DNA of 64,000 bases, taken from positions 12,557-76,556 of the forward strand of contig CALEXE010000105.1 in NCBI GenBank assembly GCA_937925265.1. The letters are read 5' to 3'. The DNA comes from an uncultured Collinsella sp. GTDB lineage: Bacteria; Actinomycetota; Coriobacteriia; Coriobacteriales; Coriobacteriaceae. A model generated the notes under the pieces. The model saw only the letters and a program-made list of their open reading frames with translations, had not been told where the DNA came from and did no database searches. The stretch's first letter is position 1. Each line of letters starts with the position of its first letter. The position numbers were made by a program, and so were the translations under genes. This document shows, in pieces, positions 19,211 through 28,215 of this stretch.

Positions 19211-20344
19211 CTATAACAACTCAATCTTTCCGTCCTTCACGGTGAGGCCCATATTGCCGGAAAGCAGATCGTCCAGGCGCGAGCCCACAAGCTCAAAACG
19301 CCAGCCTTCGCGCAGGGGGCTTTGCTCAGGATGCTCGATGTAATCGGCCAGGTCATCGCGCGAGGCAATGACCGAGGTCGCCACCCCCGAGCGCTCGGCA
19401 ACCAGGCGGATGAGCGCATACATCAGGTCCGTCACGCTCTCCAGCTCCGGCGAGATCTGACGGTGTCCGCGCACCATGAGCGGCAGGCGATCGTGCGGGC
19501 AGCTCGCGCCGCGCTTGATGGCCATGAGCGCACCGTCCACGTCGCGCTCCCCCAGCTGGTCGGTACCGCGAATGCTACGGAACTCCTCAACGCGGACGGG
19601 ATTGCGCTTAACGAGCGCAAGCAGCGTGTCGTCGGACATGACCCACTTGCGCGGGATGTTACGGCGCTCGGCGCGGTCCTCGCGCCAGGCGGCGAGCTCG
19701 CGCGCGATACCCAGCTGGTGACGGCTGCACGAATTGATGCGCTTGACCTTGCGGAACGCCTCGTGGCGATCGGCGCGATAGTGCGACTCGTCAGCCAGCG
19801 GGCGCAACTCGTCGAGTACCCAGTCCACGCGGCCCAGCTCGCGCAGACGGCTCATCATCTCGGTATAGGCGACGATCAGGTACTTGACGTCATCGATCGC
19901 GTACTCAATCTGCTTATCGGTCAGCGGGCGACGCGACCAGTCGGTCAGCGACTCAGTCTTGGGCAGCGAGACGCCGCAAAACGTCTGCACGAGCGCGCCG
20001 TAGGAAATCTGCTGGCGCTCGCCTAAAAAGGCGGCGGCCACCTGCGTGTCAAAAATCGGACGCGGCAACACGCCTACGGTATGAAGCATAACTTCCATGT
20101 CCTGCGAGCAAGCATGGAACACCTTGGTCACGCTCTCGTCGGCCATGAGTTCGGCCAAGGGAGACAGGTCGTCGATCACCAGCGGATCAACCGCGACGCT
20201 CTCGGCAGGAGTGGCAATCTGGACCAGGCACAGGCGCGGATGGAATGTGCGCTCGCGCAAAAACTCGGTATCGACGGCAATCGCGTCAAACTCACGGGCG
20301 CGCTGGCAAAAGTCGAGTAGAGCCTGATGTGTGGAAATGTACAT
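19211..20344 (-). CDS. rnd: ribonuclease D
   Basis: AVDTEFLRERTF, FHACSQD, FDTQVAA, TDWSRRPLT, plus an HRDC region. Confidence 0.93.
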   Translation of the reverse strand: MYISTHQALLDFCQRAREFDAIAVDTEFLRERTFHPRLCLVQIATPAESVAVDPLVIDDLSPLAELMADESVTKVFHACSQDMEVMLHTVGVLPRPIFDTQVAAAFLGERQQISYGALVQTFCGVSLPKTESLTDWSRRPLTDKQIEYAIDDVKYLIVAYTEMMSRLRELGRVDWVLDELRPLADESHYRADRHEAFRKVKRINSCSRHQLGIARELAAWREDRAERRNIPRKWVMSDDTLLALVKRNPVRVEEFRSIRGTDQLGERDVDGALMAIKRGASCPHDRLPLMVRGHRQISPELESVTDLMYALIRLVAERSGVATSVIASRDDLADYIEHPEQSPLREGWRFELVGSRLDDLLSGNMGLTVKDGKIELL

Positions 20345-20442
20345 ATCAACCCATCGAATAAGGTTAGGCCCGAAAAACACGGGTAGGATATCGGCATTGC
20401 CTTACAACTATACTCGGTTAGTCACAGAACGGGAACGTAAGT

Positions 20443-21360
20443 ATGCGCTGCCTTATCATCCACAACCCGGCATCGGGCCCCAGCTCAGATGAAATCTACG
20501 CATTCACGCACGCCCTCGCGCAGGGCGGCGACGAGGTCGTGATGCGTTTTATCGGCGATGGCCTGGAACCCGAAGACGCCGTGGCAGACGTGCGCGAGTT
20601 TGATCGCGTGGTGATTTCGGGCGGCGACGGCACCGTCTCCAACGTACTCGACCAAATGCGCGGATGCGGCGTCCCCACGCTCGTCTTCCCCTCCGGCACA
20701 GCCTGCCTGTTCTTTAACAACATCGGTAATGCCCCCGAGGCAGCGGCACTTGCCAAGGCCTGCCGTGCCGGTCGCACGGTCAAAGTGGACATGGGCGAGC
20801 TCTTTTGGCTCGACGAGAACGGCAACGAAAAGCGCCACGGCTTTATCATCATCGCCGGCTCGGGCTTCGACGCCGAGATCATGATGAAGGCCGCCCCTAC
20901 CAAAAACGACATCGGCGAGATCGCCTACTTCCTCTCCGCGCTCGCCACGCCCAACCCCACGGTGGCGCACTTTACCATCGAGCATGACGGCATTGTCGAG
21001 GAGCTCGATGGCATCTGCTGCATGGCCGGCAACACCTCGGTCATCCAAAACGACATCAACCTGTTCCCCAACTGCCGCATGAACGACGGCATGGTCGACA
21101 TTGCGGTCATCGAACCCGTGCGCACCGTGCAGCTGCTGCCTACCGTGATCACCGCTGCGCTTGACCCCGCCGGCAAGGTACTCGGGCGCCCACAGTTCAA
21201 GATCATCCAGACCAAGGAAGCCAAGATCACCTGCACCCCGTCACTGGGCATGCAGTTCGATGGCGAGATTATCTCCAGCAATTCGGGCGTCTTTGGAGCC
21301 CGCGCGCTTCCGCAATGCCTCGACCTCATCGTCGACGAATTCTCCCCGCTCGGAAAATAG
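20443..21360 (+). CDS. diacylglycerol/lipid kinase family protein
   Basis: HNPASG, SGGDGT, PSGT, GSGFDA and QFDGE. Confidence 0.88.
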   Translation: MRCLIIHNPASGPSSDEIYAFTHALAQGGDEVVMRFIGDGLEPEDAVADVREFDRVVISGGDGTVSNVLDQMRGCGVPTLVFPSGTACLFFNNIGNAPEAAALAKACRAGRTVKVDMGELFWLDENGNEKRHGFIIIAGSGFDAEIMMKAAPTKNDIGEIAYFLSALATPNPTVAHFTIEHDGIVEELDGICCMAGNTSVIQNDINLFPNCRMNDGMVDIAVIEPVRTVQLLPTVITAALDPAGKVLGRPQFKIIQTKEAKITCTPSLGMQFDGEIISSNSGVFGARALPQCLDLIVDEFSPLGK

Positions 21361-21369
21361 GAGGACCCT

Positions 21370-21462
21370 ATGAACGACAATCCCCTGATCGGCTTTATTG
21401 TCATCGTCTTGGCCATGCTCGTCGGTTACGCCATCAACGTGATTCACCGCCGAAAGAAGTAA
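21370..21462 (+). CDS. 30-aa single-pass membrane microprotein
   Basis: GGAGG RBS overlapping the upstream stop. Translates to MNDNPLIGFIVIVLAMLVGYAINVIHRRKK, followed by a terminator. Confidence 0.7.
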   Translation: MNDNPLIGFIVIVLAMLVGYAINVIHRRKK

Positions 21463-21496
21463 ATCCACATTGGTATGATATTCATCCAGTTATCGA

Positions 21497-21545
21497 CTCT
21501 CCCGCTGTTTATGCAAATCCTAAACAGCGGGAGAGTTTTCTTTTT
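21497..21545 (+). terminator. intrinsic terminator
   Basis: ACTCTCCCGCTGTTTA...TAAACAGCGGGAGAGT followed by TTTCTTTTT. Confidence 0.8.
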
Positions 21546-21770
21546 GACCGCCGTCTAATGCTTTATTCAGCTACAGTAAATGCATGGTGCCTTTATTTAA
21601 CTAAAGCCACGAAATGAGTATTATTATCCGCTCATCGTATATTTTTTCACGCTCATCGAGTAGAAGCTTTTGTCGGGTGAATACTCTTAAGACTTCCTTT
21701 AGGCTAGTAGATGTATTTATTAGCTGAAACTCCGCATGGTTTCGCGGGGTTTCAACAGTTGGGAGGGATC

Positions 21771-23576
21771 ATGAGGTTTACTCATCCCGTCAACACGCTC
21801 AAGAAGCTTGGCTGCGGCCTCGCATTCGGAGCTGCGGCCATTATGGCCATGCCGACCTCGGCGCTCGCTTGCACCCAGATCTACATGGGCAGCAAACTCA
21901 CGGCGGACGGCAACACGTACTACGGCCGCGCTGAGGACTTTAGCCCGCGCTATATCAAGCACTTTGGCATTGAGCCTGCGCACAAGGACGGCAGCGAGTA
22001 TAGCTCACTCGAATCCGGCTTTGAGTACAAGTCCAAGGGCGCGACCTACCGCTACACCTTCGTTCGCGACAACCCCTCTCAGTGGGAAGATCGCTATGAC
22101 GCTTATTCCGAGGCTGGCATCAACGAGAAGGGCGTCTCCTGCTCTGCCACGCTGAGCACCTCCTACAACGAGCAGGCTGAGGAGGCCGACCCCATTACCG
22201 AGAAGACCGGCATCGGTGAGTACAACTACGCCAGCGTCATCCTGGGCGAGAGCGCCACGGCCCGTGAGGGCGTCGAGCTCCTCGGTAGCCTGGTCGACGA
22301 GCAGGGCATCTGCACCAACGACCAGGTCATCATCGCCGACAACAACGAGACTTGGCTGTTCGCCGGACTTTCTGGCCATCAGTGGATTGCCATGAAGCTC
22401 ACTGACGACATCGCCTCAGTCAACCCCAACATCGGCAACCTTAACTACAAGGTTAACCTCGACGACACCGAGAACTGCCTCCACTCCAAGGACATTCAGA
22501 CCATGCCCGAAGAAAAGGGCTTTGCCAAGTACTTCGATGACGGCCAGTTCGACGTTGCCCAGACCTACGGTGAGGAAATTAGCGAGCAGGCCATGCATTC
22601 TTGGTCGCGCTATATCCAGGGCCGCGATTACTTCATGGCTCCGCTTGCCGAGGGCACCGACTACGAGATCGTTAAGGACGAGCGCGAAGATGCTCGCGCC
22701 ACGACCGGCGCCCTGGTCCACGAGATGCAGCCGCTGTTCTTCCAGCCCGGCAAGTCCGACTGGAACACCTTTGAGATGATCCGCAGCTTTGCTACTCGTG
22801 GCGAGAATGTCGCCGGCCTCAACGCCAACACCGACGGCGCCTATGCCATCGGCACCAACCGCAATACCGAGATCCACACCTTCCAGATCCGTCAGGGCAT
22901 GGACCCCGAGATCGCGACCATCCAGTGGGAGATGCTCTCCAACGCCGAGTTCTCCGTCGCTATTCCCTTCTACTCCGCACTGCTCACCGAGGTCAGCCCC
23001 TACTTCAGCGATCAGGATGTCTCCTTCGATCATTGTGAAGAGGAAGACGTCGTGAACAACGAGGAGCCCGAGAACTCCATCAACTACGTCCTCATGGACA
23101 TCAACACGCTCGCCGCTGAGAACCGCGACCACTGCGCCACCGGCGTCCGCGCCTATCTCGACGCTCTGCAGAAGGAGCTCATCGAGCAGAACCTGACCGT
23201 CGACGATGCCATGCAGGCCACCGAGGGCACCGAGGCCCGCACCGCCCTGGCAAACAAGGCCGGCAAGGCTGCCACCAAGAACACTTACCTCAAGTGCAAG
23301 GCTATGCTCGAGGAGATGCGTGACTACCTCAAGGAGGAGGATTTCTCCGAGGAGTTCGTCCCGAGTGACTACGATGCCGACAACGACTGCCTGGTCGAGT
23401 CCATCACCTACGCCGACGAGGCCCTCTCCGATGAGGATGTAGCCGAGCCCGAGGTCAAAGAGGAAGAGGCCACCGAGGAGAAGTCCGAGGGCAACAACAT
23501 GGCCGCCATGGCCGTTGGCGCCGTCGTCATCATCGGTGTCTGCGTCTACGTGATCTATCGTCGCAAGAAGGCCTAA
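21771..23576 (+). CDS. C69 family dipeptidase, exported, C-terminally anchored
   Basis: Signal peptide ending ALA directly before CTQIYMG (N-terminal Cys nucleophile), then GRAED, GINEKGV and AREGVELLG. C-terminal TM segment followed by RRKK. Confidence 0.87.
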   Translation: MRFTHPVNTLKKLGCGLAFGAAAIMAMPTSALACTQIYMGSKLTADGNTYYGRAEDFSPRYIKHFGIEPAHKDGSEYSSLESGFEYKSKGATYRYTFVRDNPSQWEDRYDAYSEAGINEKGVSCSATLSTSYNEQAEEADPITEKTGIGEYNYASVILGESATAREGVELLGSLVDEQGICTNDQVIIADNNETWLFAGLSGHQWIAMKLTDDIASVNPNIGNLNYKVNLDDTENCLHSKDIQTMPEEKGFAKYFDDGQFDVAQTYGEEISEQAMHSWSRYIQGRDYFMAPLAEGTDYEIVKDEREDARATTGALVHEMQPLFFQPGKSDWNTFEMIRSFATRGENVAGLNANTDGAYAIGTNRNTEIHTFQIRQGMDPEIATIQWEMLSNAEFSVAIPFYSALLTEVSPYFSDQDVSFDHCEEEDVVNNEEPENSINYVLMDINTLAAENRDHCATGVRAYLDALQKELIEQNLTVDDAMQATEGTEARTALANKAGKAATKNTYLKCKAMLEEMRDYLKEEDFSEEFVPSDYDADNDCLVESITYADEALSDEDVAEPEVKEEEATEEKSEGNNMAAMAVGAVVIIGVCVYVIYRRKKA

Positions 23577-23771
23577 GGCCCTCATGTCCTAGCTGAGCGG
23601 GCAAGACGGCAATGTCAGCCTCGCCCGCTCAGCCCGCTCTTTTGACCGGCGGGAAACCCGCCCGAAATCTTTTTAAAAAAGATTTCCCCGCACACACTTC
23701 GCTGTGCTATAGTGCAGCGAAACAGCAACTAGGTGCGACCGCGCCACGGCATCACGAAAGGAGCCACCAAC

Positions 23772-23840
23772 ATGAAGAACACGATGAACTCTCTCAACAA
23801 CTGGTGGTGGCGTGATGCGAATACGATCGGTCGACAGTGA
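23772..23840 (+). CDS. tryptophan attenuator leader peptide MKNTMNSLNNWWWRDANTIGRQ
   Basis: AAGGAG RBS and three consecutive TGG codons. A terminator follows, then a TrpP-like gene. Confidence 0.88.
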   Translation: MKNTMNSLNNWWWRDANTIGRQ

Positions 23841-23876
23841 GTCCCTCACGCCTGTTTTTGAGCTCTAGGTGATTGG

Positions 23877-23907
23877 AAGGCCTCCGGTTTCGACCGGGGG
23901 CCTTTTT
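23877..23907 (+). terminator. attenuator terminator
   Basis: AAGGCCTCCGGT-TTCG-ACCGGGGGCC-TTTTT. Confidence 0.88.
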
Positions 23908-23984
23908 CTATCTCGAGCCCGATCGCATTCGCATCACGCGCCTCCGCTTTTCTCTTGCACTCCCCTTCCGAAAGGATTTTCACC

Positions 23985-24557
23985 ATGTCTCAGAACACCA
24001 CCGCCACCCAGCCCCGCACCGTCCAGACCGCCGACCGCGGCAAACTCGATGTCCGCGCCCTCGTCCTGCTCGCCATCCTGCTCGCCGCCGGCTTCATCCT
24101 CAACTTCACCGTCGGCAAGGCAATCTCGGGCATCTCGGGCGGCATGATCAGCCCCGAGTTCATCATCTCGGCCTTCTGCCTCACCATCCTGGTCGTTCGC
24201 CCCAACATCGGCCAGGCGCTCGTCATTGGCCTCATCTCGGCTGCCGTGATCCAGATCACCACCACTTCGCCGTTCGTCGATTTTGCCGCCGAGGGCATCG
24301 CCGCCATGCTCATGGCCGGCATCGTCAACGGCGCCGGCAAGAACGGTCAGGTCAAGCCCGCCATCGCCATTGTCGCAACCTTCCTGACCACCTTTGTCTC
24401 GGGCGTCATCTTCATGGTCATCAAGATGGCCATGCTCGGCGTGGTTGGCGAGCTCGCCGCCGCCATGCTGCCCGTCGTCGCCATGACCGCCGTCTTTAAC
24501 GCCATTCTGGTCGGCGCCCTCTACTTGCCCATCCAGAAGGCCCTGAAGCTCAACTAA
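23985..24557 (+). CDS. ECF S-component, TrpP-like tryptophan transporter
   Basis: About 190 aa with 5-6 TM segments. LVLLAILLAAG...GGMISPEFII resembles TrpP. Preceded by a Trp leader and followed by ECF A and T genes. Confidence 0.78.
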   Translation: MSQNTTATQPRTVQTADRGKLDVRALVLLAILLAAGFILNFTVGKAISGISGGMISPEFIISAFCLTILVVRPNIGQALVIGLISAAVIQITTTSPFVDFAAEGIAAMLMAGIVNGAGKNGQVKPAIAIVATFLTTFVSGVIFMVIKMAMLGVVGELAAAMLPVVAMTAVFNAILVGALYLPIQKALKLN

Positions 24558-24563
24558 CCTGCT

Positions 24564-24663
24564 CGGCTTTATGAGCCACCCCATCTTGGCGTTCATTCGT
24601 CGCTCGCGTACCCAAGTACGCTTCGCTCCTCTTTCGCGCCAACCTGGGGCCCTCGTAAAGCCG
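24564..24663. repeat. structured palindromic element family B, copy 1
   Basis: CGGCTTTATGAG / CTCGTAAAGCCG outer IR. The core TCGTCGCTCGCGTACCCAAGTACGCTTCGCTCCTCTTTC is shared with 39361-39458. Confidence 0.8.
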
Positions 24664-24768
24664 TCTCCGCACTCCACCAACAAAGACCGTCCCAAACGAC
24701 TAGCTTTTGGGGACGTTCTTAAACGACTAGTCATGTAAGAACGTCCCCAATGACTATGAAAGGTATCC

Positions 24769-26520
24769 ATGGAAACGATCATCAACGTCGACGATGTCTC
24801 GTTCTCCTATGGCACGCAGACCGAGCAGGCGCTTAGCCACATCTCGCTCAGCGTGAACAAGGGAGATTTCATCGGCATTATCGGTCCCTCGGGCGCCGGC
24901 AAGTCCACGCTTGCCGCCTGCCTGTCGGGCGCCGTGCCCCACCACTACACCGGCACGTTCTTTGGGTCCGTCATGGTTGACGGCCACGACACCTGCGAGG
25001 TCTCGCTCACCGACGTATCGCAGATCGTCGGCAGCGTGCTGCAAGACATCGACACGCAGATGGTCGCCTCCGTGGTTGAGGATGAGATGCTCTTTGGCCT
25101 CGAGAACTTTGGCGTGCCGCACGACCAGATTGAGCAGCGCGTCACCGAAACCCTCGAGACCGTCGGCATCAGCGACCTGCGCGACCGCGAGATCGCCACC
25201 CTCTCGGGCGGACAGAAGCAAAAGGTAGCCATCGCTGCCATCCTCGCTATGCGTCCGCGCGTCTTGGTTCTCGACGAGCCCACCGCGGCACTCGACCCCG
25301 CCAGCTCCACGTTGGTCTTCGAGACGCTACGTGAGGCAAACCGCGCACTTGGAATCACCATCGTCGTCGTTGAGCAAAAGGTCGCCCTGCTCTCGGAGTA
25401 CTGCAACCGCGTGCTCGTGCTCAACCATGGCGAAATCGCGCTGCAGGGCGAACCACACGAGGTCTTCGCGCATACCGACGAGCTCCGTGCCATCGGCGTC
25501 GACTGCCCTCGCGTCACGCGTATCTTCAATAGCCTCGAGGCCGATGGCCTGGTAAGCGGTACCCCTTGCTTGGATGTCGATGAGGCCGAGCGCCTGATTT
25601 CGGGCATCGTCGACCCCGCACGCGCGGCCAGCGAAGCCCAGGCGCCCGCCGGCTCCCCGCATGCACCGTCGTTGCGCCCTCATGCCAAGGACGCCGAACC
25701 CGTACTCACCTTCGACCATGTTGAGTTTGCCTATCCCAATGGCGGCGCCGCCGTACACGACCTCAACCTGACGCTCTATCCCGGCGAGCTCGTGGGCATC
25801 GTCGGCCAAAACGGCGCCGGCAAGACCACGCTCACCAAGCTGCTCACAGGCCTGCTTAAGCCCGCCTCGGGCAGCGTGCGCGTCACGGGACTGGATACCG
25901 CAGCCGTTCCCACGAGCCGCATCGCCCGCGAAGTCGCAACCCTCTTCCAAAACCCCGACCGCCAGATCTGCAAGGATACCGTACTCGACGAGGTCGCTTT
26001 TGGCCTGGAGCTTGCCGGCATCGACCGTGCCGAGGCTCTGCGTCGCGCTCGACTCGTTATCGACCGCTTTGGCCTGCCTGCCGATGAGGCACCTTTCTCG
26101 CTTTCGCGCGGCCAGCGACAAATGGTGGCGCTTGCCTCCGTCGTAGTTGTTGAGCCCAAGATCGTCGTGCTCGACGAGCCCACGAGCGGCCTTGATTACC
26201 GCGAGTGCATGACCGTCATGGAAACGGTGCGCACCATGGCCGAGCGCGGCTGCGCCGTGATTATGGTCTGTCACGACATGGAAGTCGTTTCCGACTTTGC
26301 CGAGCGTATCGTAGTAATGGCCGACGGTCGTATCCTCGACCGCGGCCGCACGCACGAGCTATTCTCGAACATCGAGCTCATGCAGCAAGCCTACGTTGAG
26401 CCACCTCAGGTCATAGAGCTTTCTCATCGTCTGGCATCCTCCGTCTCTCCCGTCTTTGCACAGGTGAGCGAGGTCACCGATATCGTTCGCATTACCGAGG
26501 AGATGGTCCACCGTGGTTAA
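24769..26520 (+). CDS. ECF transporter, fused double ATPase
   Basis: Two Walker A motifs (GPSGAGKST, GQNGAGKTT), LSGGQ/LSRGQ signatures and two LDEPT motifs. Confidence 0.93.
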   Translation: METIINVDDVSFSYGTQTEQALSHISLSVNKGDFIGIIGPSGAGKSTLAACLSGAVPHHYTGTFFGSVMVDGHDTCEVSLTDVSQIVGSVLQDIDTQMVASVVEDEMLFGLENFGVPHDQIEQRVTETLETVGISDLRDREIATLSGGQKQKVAIAAILAMRPRVLVLDEPTAALDPASSTLVFETLREANRALGITIVVVEQKVALLSEYCNRVLVLNHGEIALQGEPHEVFAHTDELRAIGVDCPRVTRIFNSLEADGLVSGTPCLDVDEAERLISGIVDPARAASEAQAPAGSPHAPSLRPHAKDAEPVLTFDHVEFAYPNGGAAVHDLNLTLYPGELVGIVGQNGAGKTTLTKLLTGLLKPASGSVRVTGLDTAAVPTSRIAREVATLFQNPDRQICKDTVLDEVAFGLELAGIDRAEALRRARLVIDRFGLPADEAPFSLSRGQRQMVALASVVVVEPKIVVLDEPTSGLDYRECMTVMETVRTMAERGCAVIMVCHDMEVVSDFAERIVVMADGRILDRGRTHELFSNIELMQQAYVEPPQVIELSHRLASSVSPVFAQVSEVTDIVRITEEMVHRG

Positions 26521-27259
26521 CGTCATCGACTATATGCCGGGCGACACACTGCTGCACCGCTTGAACCCGGTCGTCAAACTGGGCCTTGCCGCCGCCATCA
26601 TCATCGGCATCTTCCTGTCCGACACCTACGTGGCGCTGTTGGGCTTTTTGGCACTCACCCTCGCACTGGGCGCCTATGCCGGTGTCGTCGACCGTCTGCT
26701 CTCGCTACTCAAGCTGCTGATTCCGCTCGCACTTATCATGCTGGTGCTTCAGCTGGCCTTTATGCGCGACGGCAACATAGTGTGGGGCTTTATCACCGAC
26801 ACGGGCCTCATTACCGGATCGAAGGCCTGCCTACGCCTGTTGGGCGTGGCGCTGCCACTCATCCTCATGCTTATGGTGACCAAGCTCAACGACCTCGCCA
26901 ACGCCTGCGTCGAGGTGCTGCACGTGCCGTATCGCTATGCCTTCACCTTTACCACGGCGCTACGCTTTGTGCCGGTGTTTGGTCAGGAGATGAACGCCAT
27001 CATGGAAGCGCAGACCGCACGCGGCGTCGAGTACGACACCAAGAACCCCATCAAGAAGCTTAAGCTCATGCTGCCACTGTGCGTGCCACTGCTCATCTCG
27101 AGCGTGGGCAAGACCGATGCCACAGCCTTGGCGGCAGAACAGCGCGGCTTCTATCTGCGTACACGCGCCAGCTCGTACAAGCGCTACCCCATCAAGGGCC
27201 TGGACATCGCCGTGCTCATCGTCAGCATCGCCCTCATCGCCATCGGCTTCCTGTTCTAG
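26513..27259 (+). CDS. ECF transporter T component
   Basis: LHRLNP, ALRFVP, AQTARG and AEQRG motifs. Confidence 0.92.
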   Translation: MVNVIDYMPGDTLLHRLNPVVKLGLAAAIIIGIFLSDTYVALLGFLALTLALGAYAGVVDRLLSLLKLLIPLALIMLVLQLAFMRDGNIVWGFITDTGLITGSKACLRLLGVALPLILMLMVTKLNDLANACVEVLHVPYRYAFTFTTALRFVPVFGQEMNAIMEAQTARGVEYDTKNPIKKLKLMLPLCVPLLISSVGKTDATALAAEQRGFYLRTRASSYKRYPIKGLDIAVLIVSIALIAIGFLF

Positions 27260-27384
27260 TTCGCCACCGGCAGCAACCGCCCAACGCAAAAGGCCTCGGC
27301 TCGCACCAAACGAGCCGAGGCCTTTACTGTTTCACCAGATAAAACCTACCAAAATTAACCTGTCCCTTTTTGACAGGTCGGAAG

Positions 27385-28131
27385 CTAGAGGCGGTAGGGG
27401 GCGCCGCTGCGGATGATGGATTCGCGCACCAAGACATCCATGGCATCGAGGGTGATCTCGGGCATCTCTCGATACTTCTGCAGCACCGATAGCTCGGTGC
27501 AGGCCAGAATGACACGGTCGCAGCCGCTACGGGCGAACTCCCACATCACGCGGTCGAACTTATCCATATCGGGCTCACGTCCGGCCTTCACATCATCGTA
27601 GATAAGCGACATCACATCGTTCTGACGTTTCTCGCTGGGATAGACAACCTCAACACCCGCGGCCTCGCATTCGCGGCCGTAGACGCCCGCGCCCACGGTT
27701 CCGTCGGTGCCCATGATGCCAATCTTGCGCACCGGCTCGGCCGGCATACTCAGGTTGGGGTCGAACTCGCACTCCCCCATCACCGCACCCGCAAGGGCAT
27801 AGCGCACCGACTCACGCGGCATGTGGATAATCGGCACCTTCGTAAACGACTGGATCTGGTCGTAGAAGTAGTGTGACGTGTTGCAGGGAATGGCAATGTG
27901 CGCACAGCCCAGCGACTCGAGTGCCTGGGCACACTCTTTCATGGTCGCCAGCAGCTTGGCATGCTCGCCGGTCTTAATGGCAAGCGTGCGGTCGGGCATG
28001 GTCGACTTGGAGAGCACCACCATGTCGATATGTTCCTGATCGCAGGCAGCAGCCGTATGACGCACCACCTGGTCGTAGTAATATGACGTGGCCTCGGCGC
28101 CCATGCCGCCGATAACTCCCAGCTTTTCCAT
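27385..28131 (-). CDS. aspartate racemase
   Basis: GVIGGMG, DQEH, IPCNTSH and ILACTELS. Confidence 0.9.
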   Translation of the reverse strand: MEKLGVIGGMGAEATSYYYDQVVRHTAAACDQEHIDMVVLSKSTMPDRTLAIKTGEHAKLLATMKECAQALESLGCAHIAIPCNTSHYFYDQIQSFTKVPIIHMPRESVRYALAGAVMGECEFDPNLSMPAEPVRKIGIMGTDGTVGAGVYGRECEAAGVEVVYPSEKRQNDVMSLIYDDVKAGREPDMDKFDRVMWEFARSGCDRVILACTELSVLQKYREMPEITLDAMDVLVRESIIRSGAPYRL

Positions 28132-28215
28132 CGCCGCCTCCTTGGTGACGCTTGCGCAATTGCGCGTATCATACCCGCGCCCGCCCGATGTAAACCGGAC
28201 GGGCGCCGCACTCAT

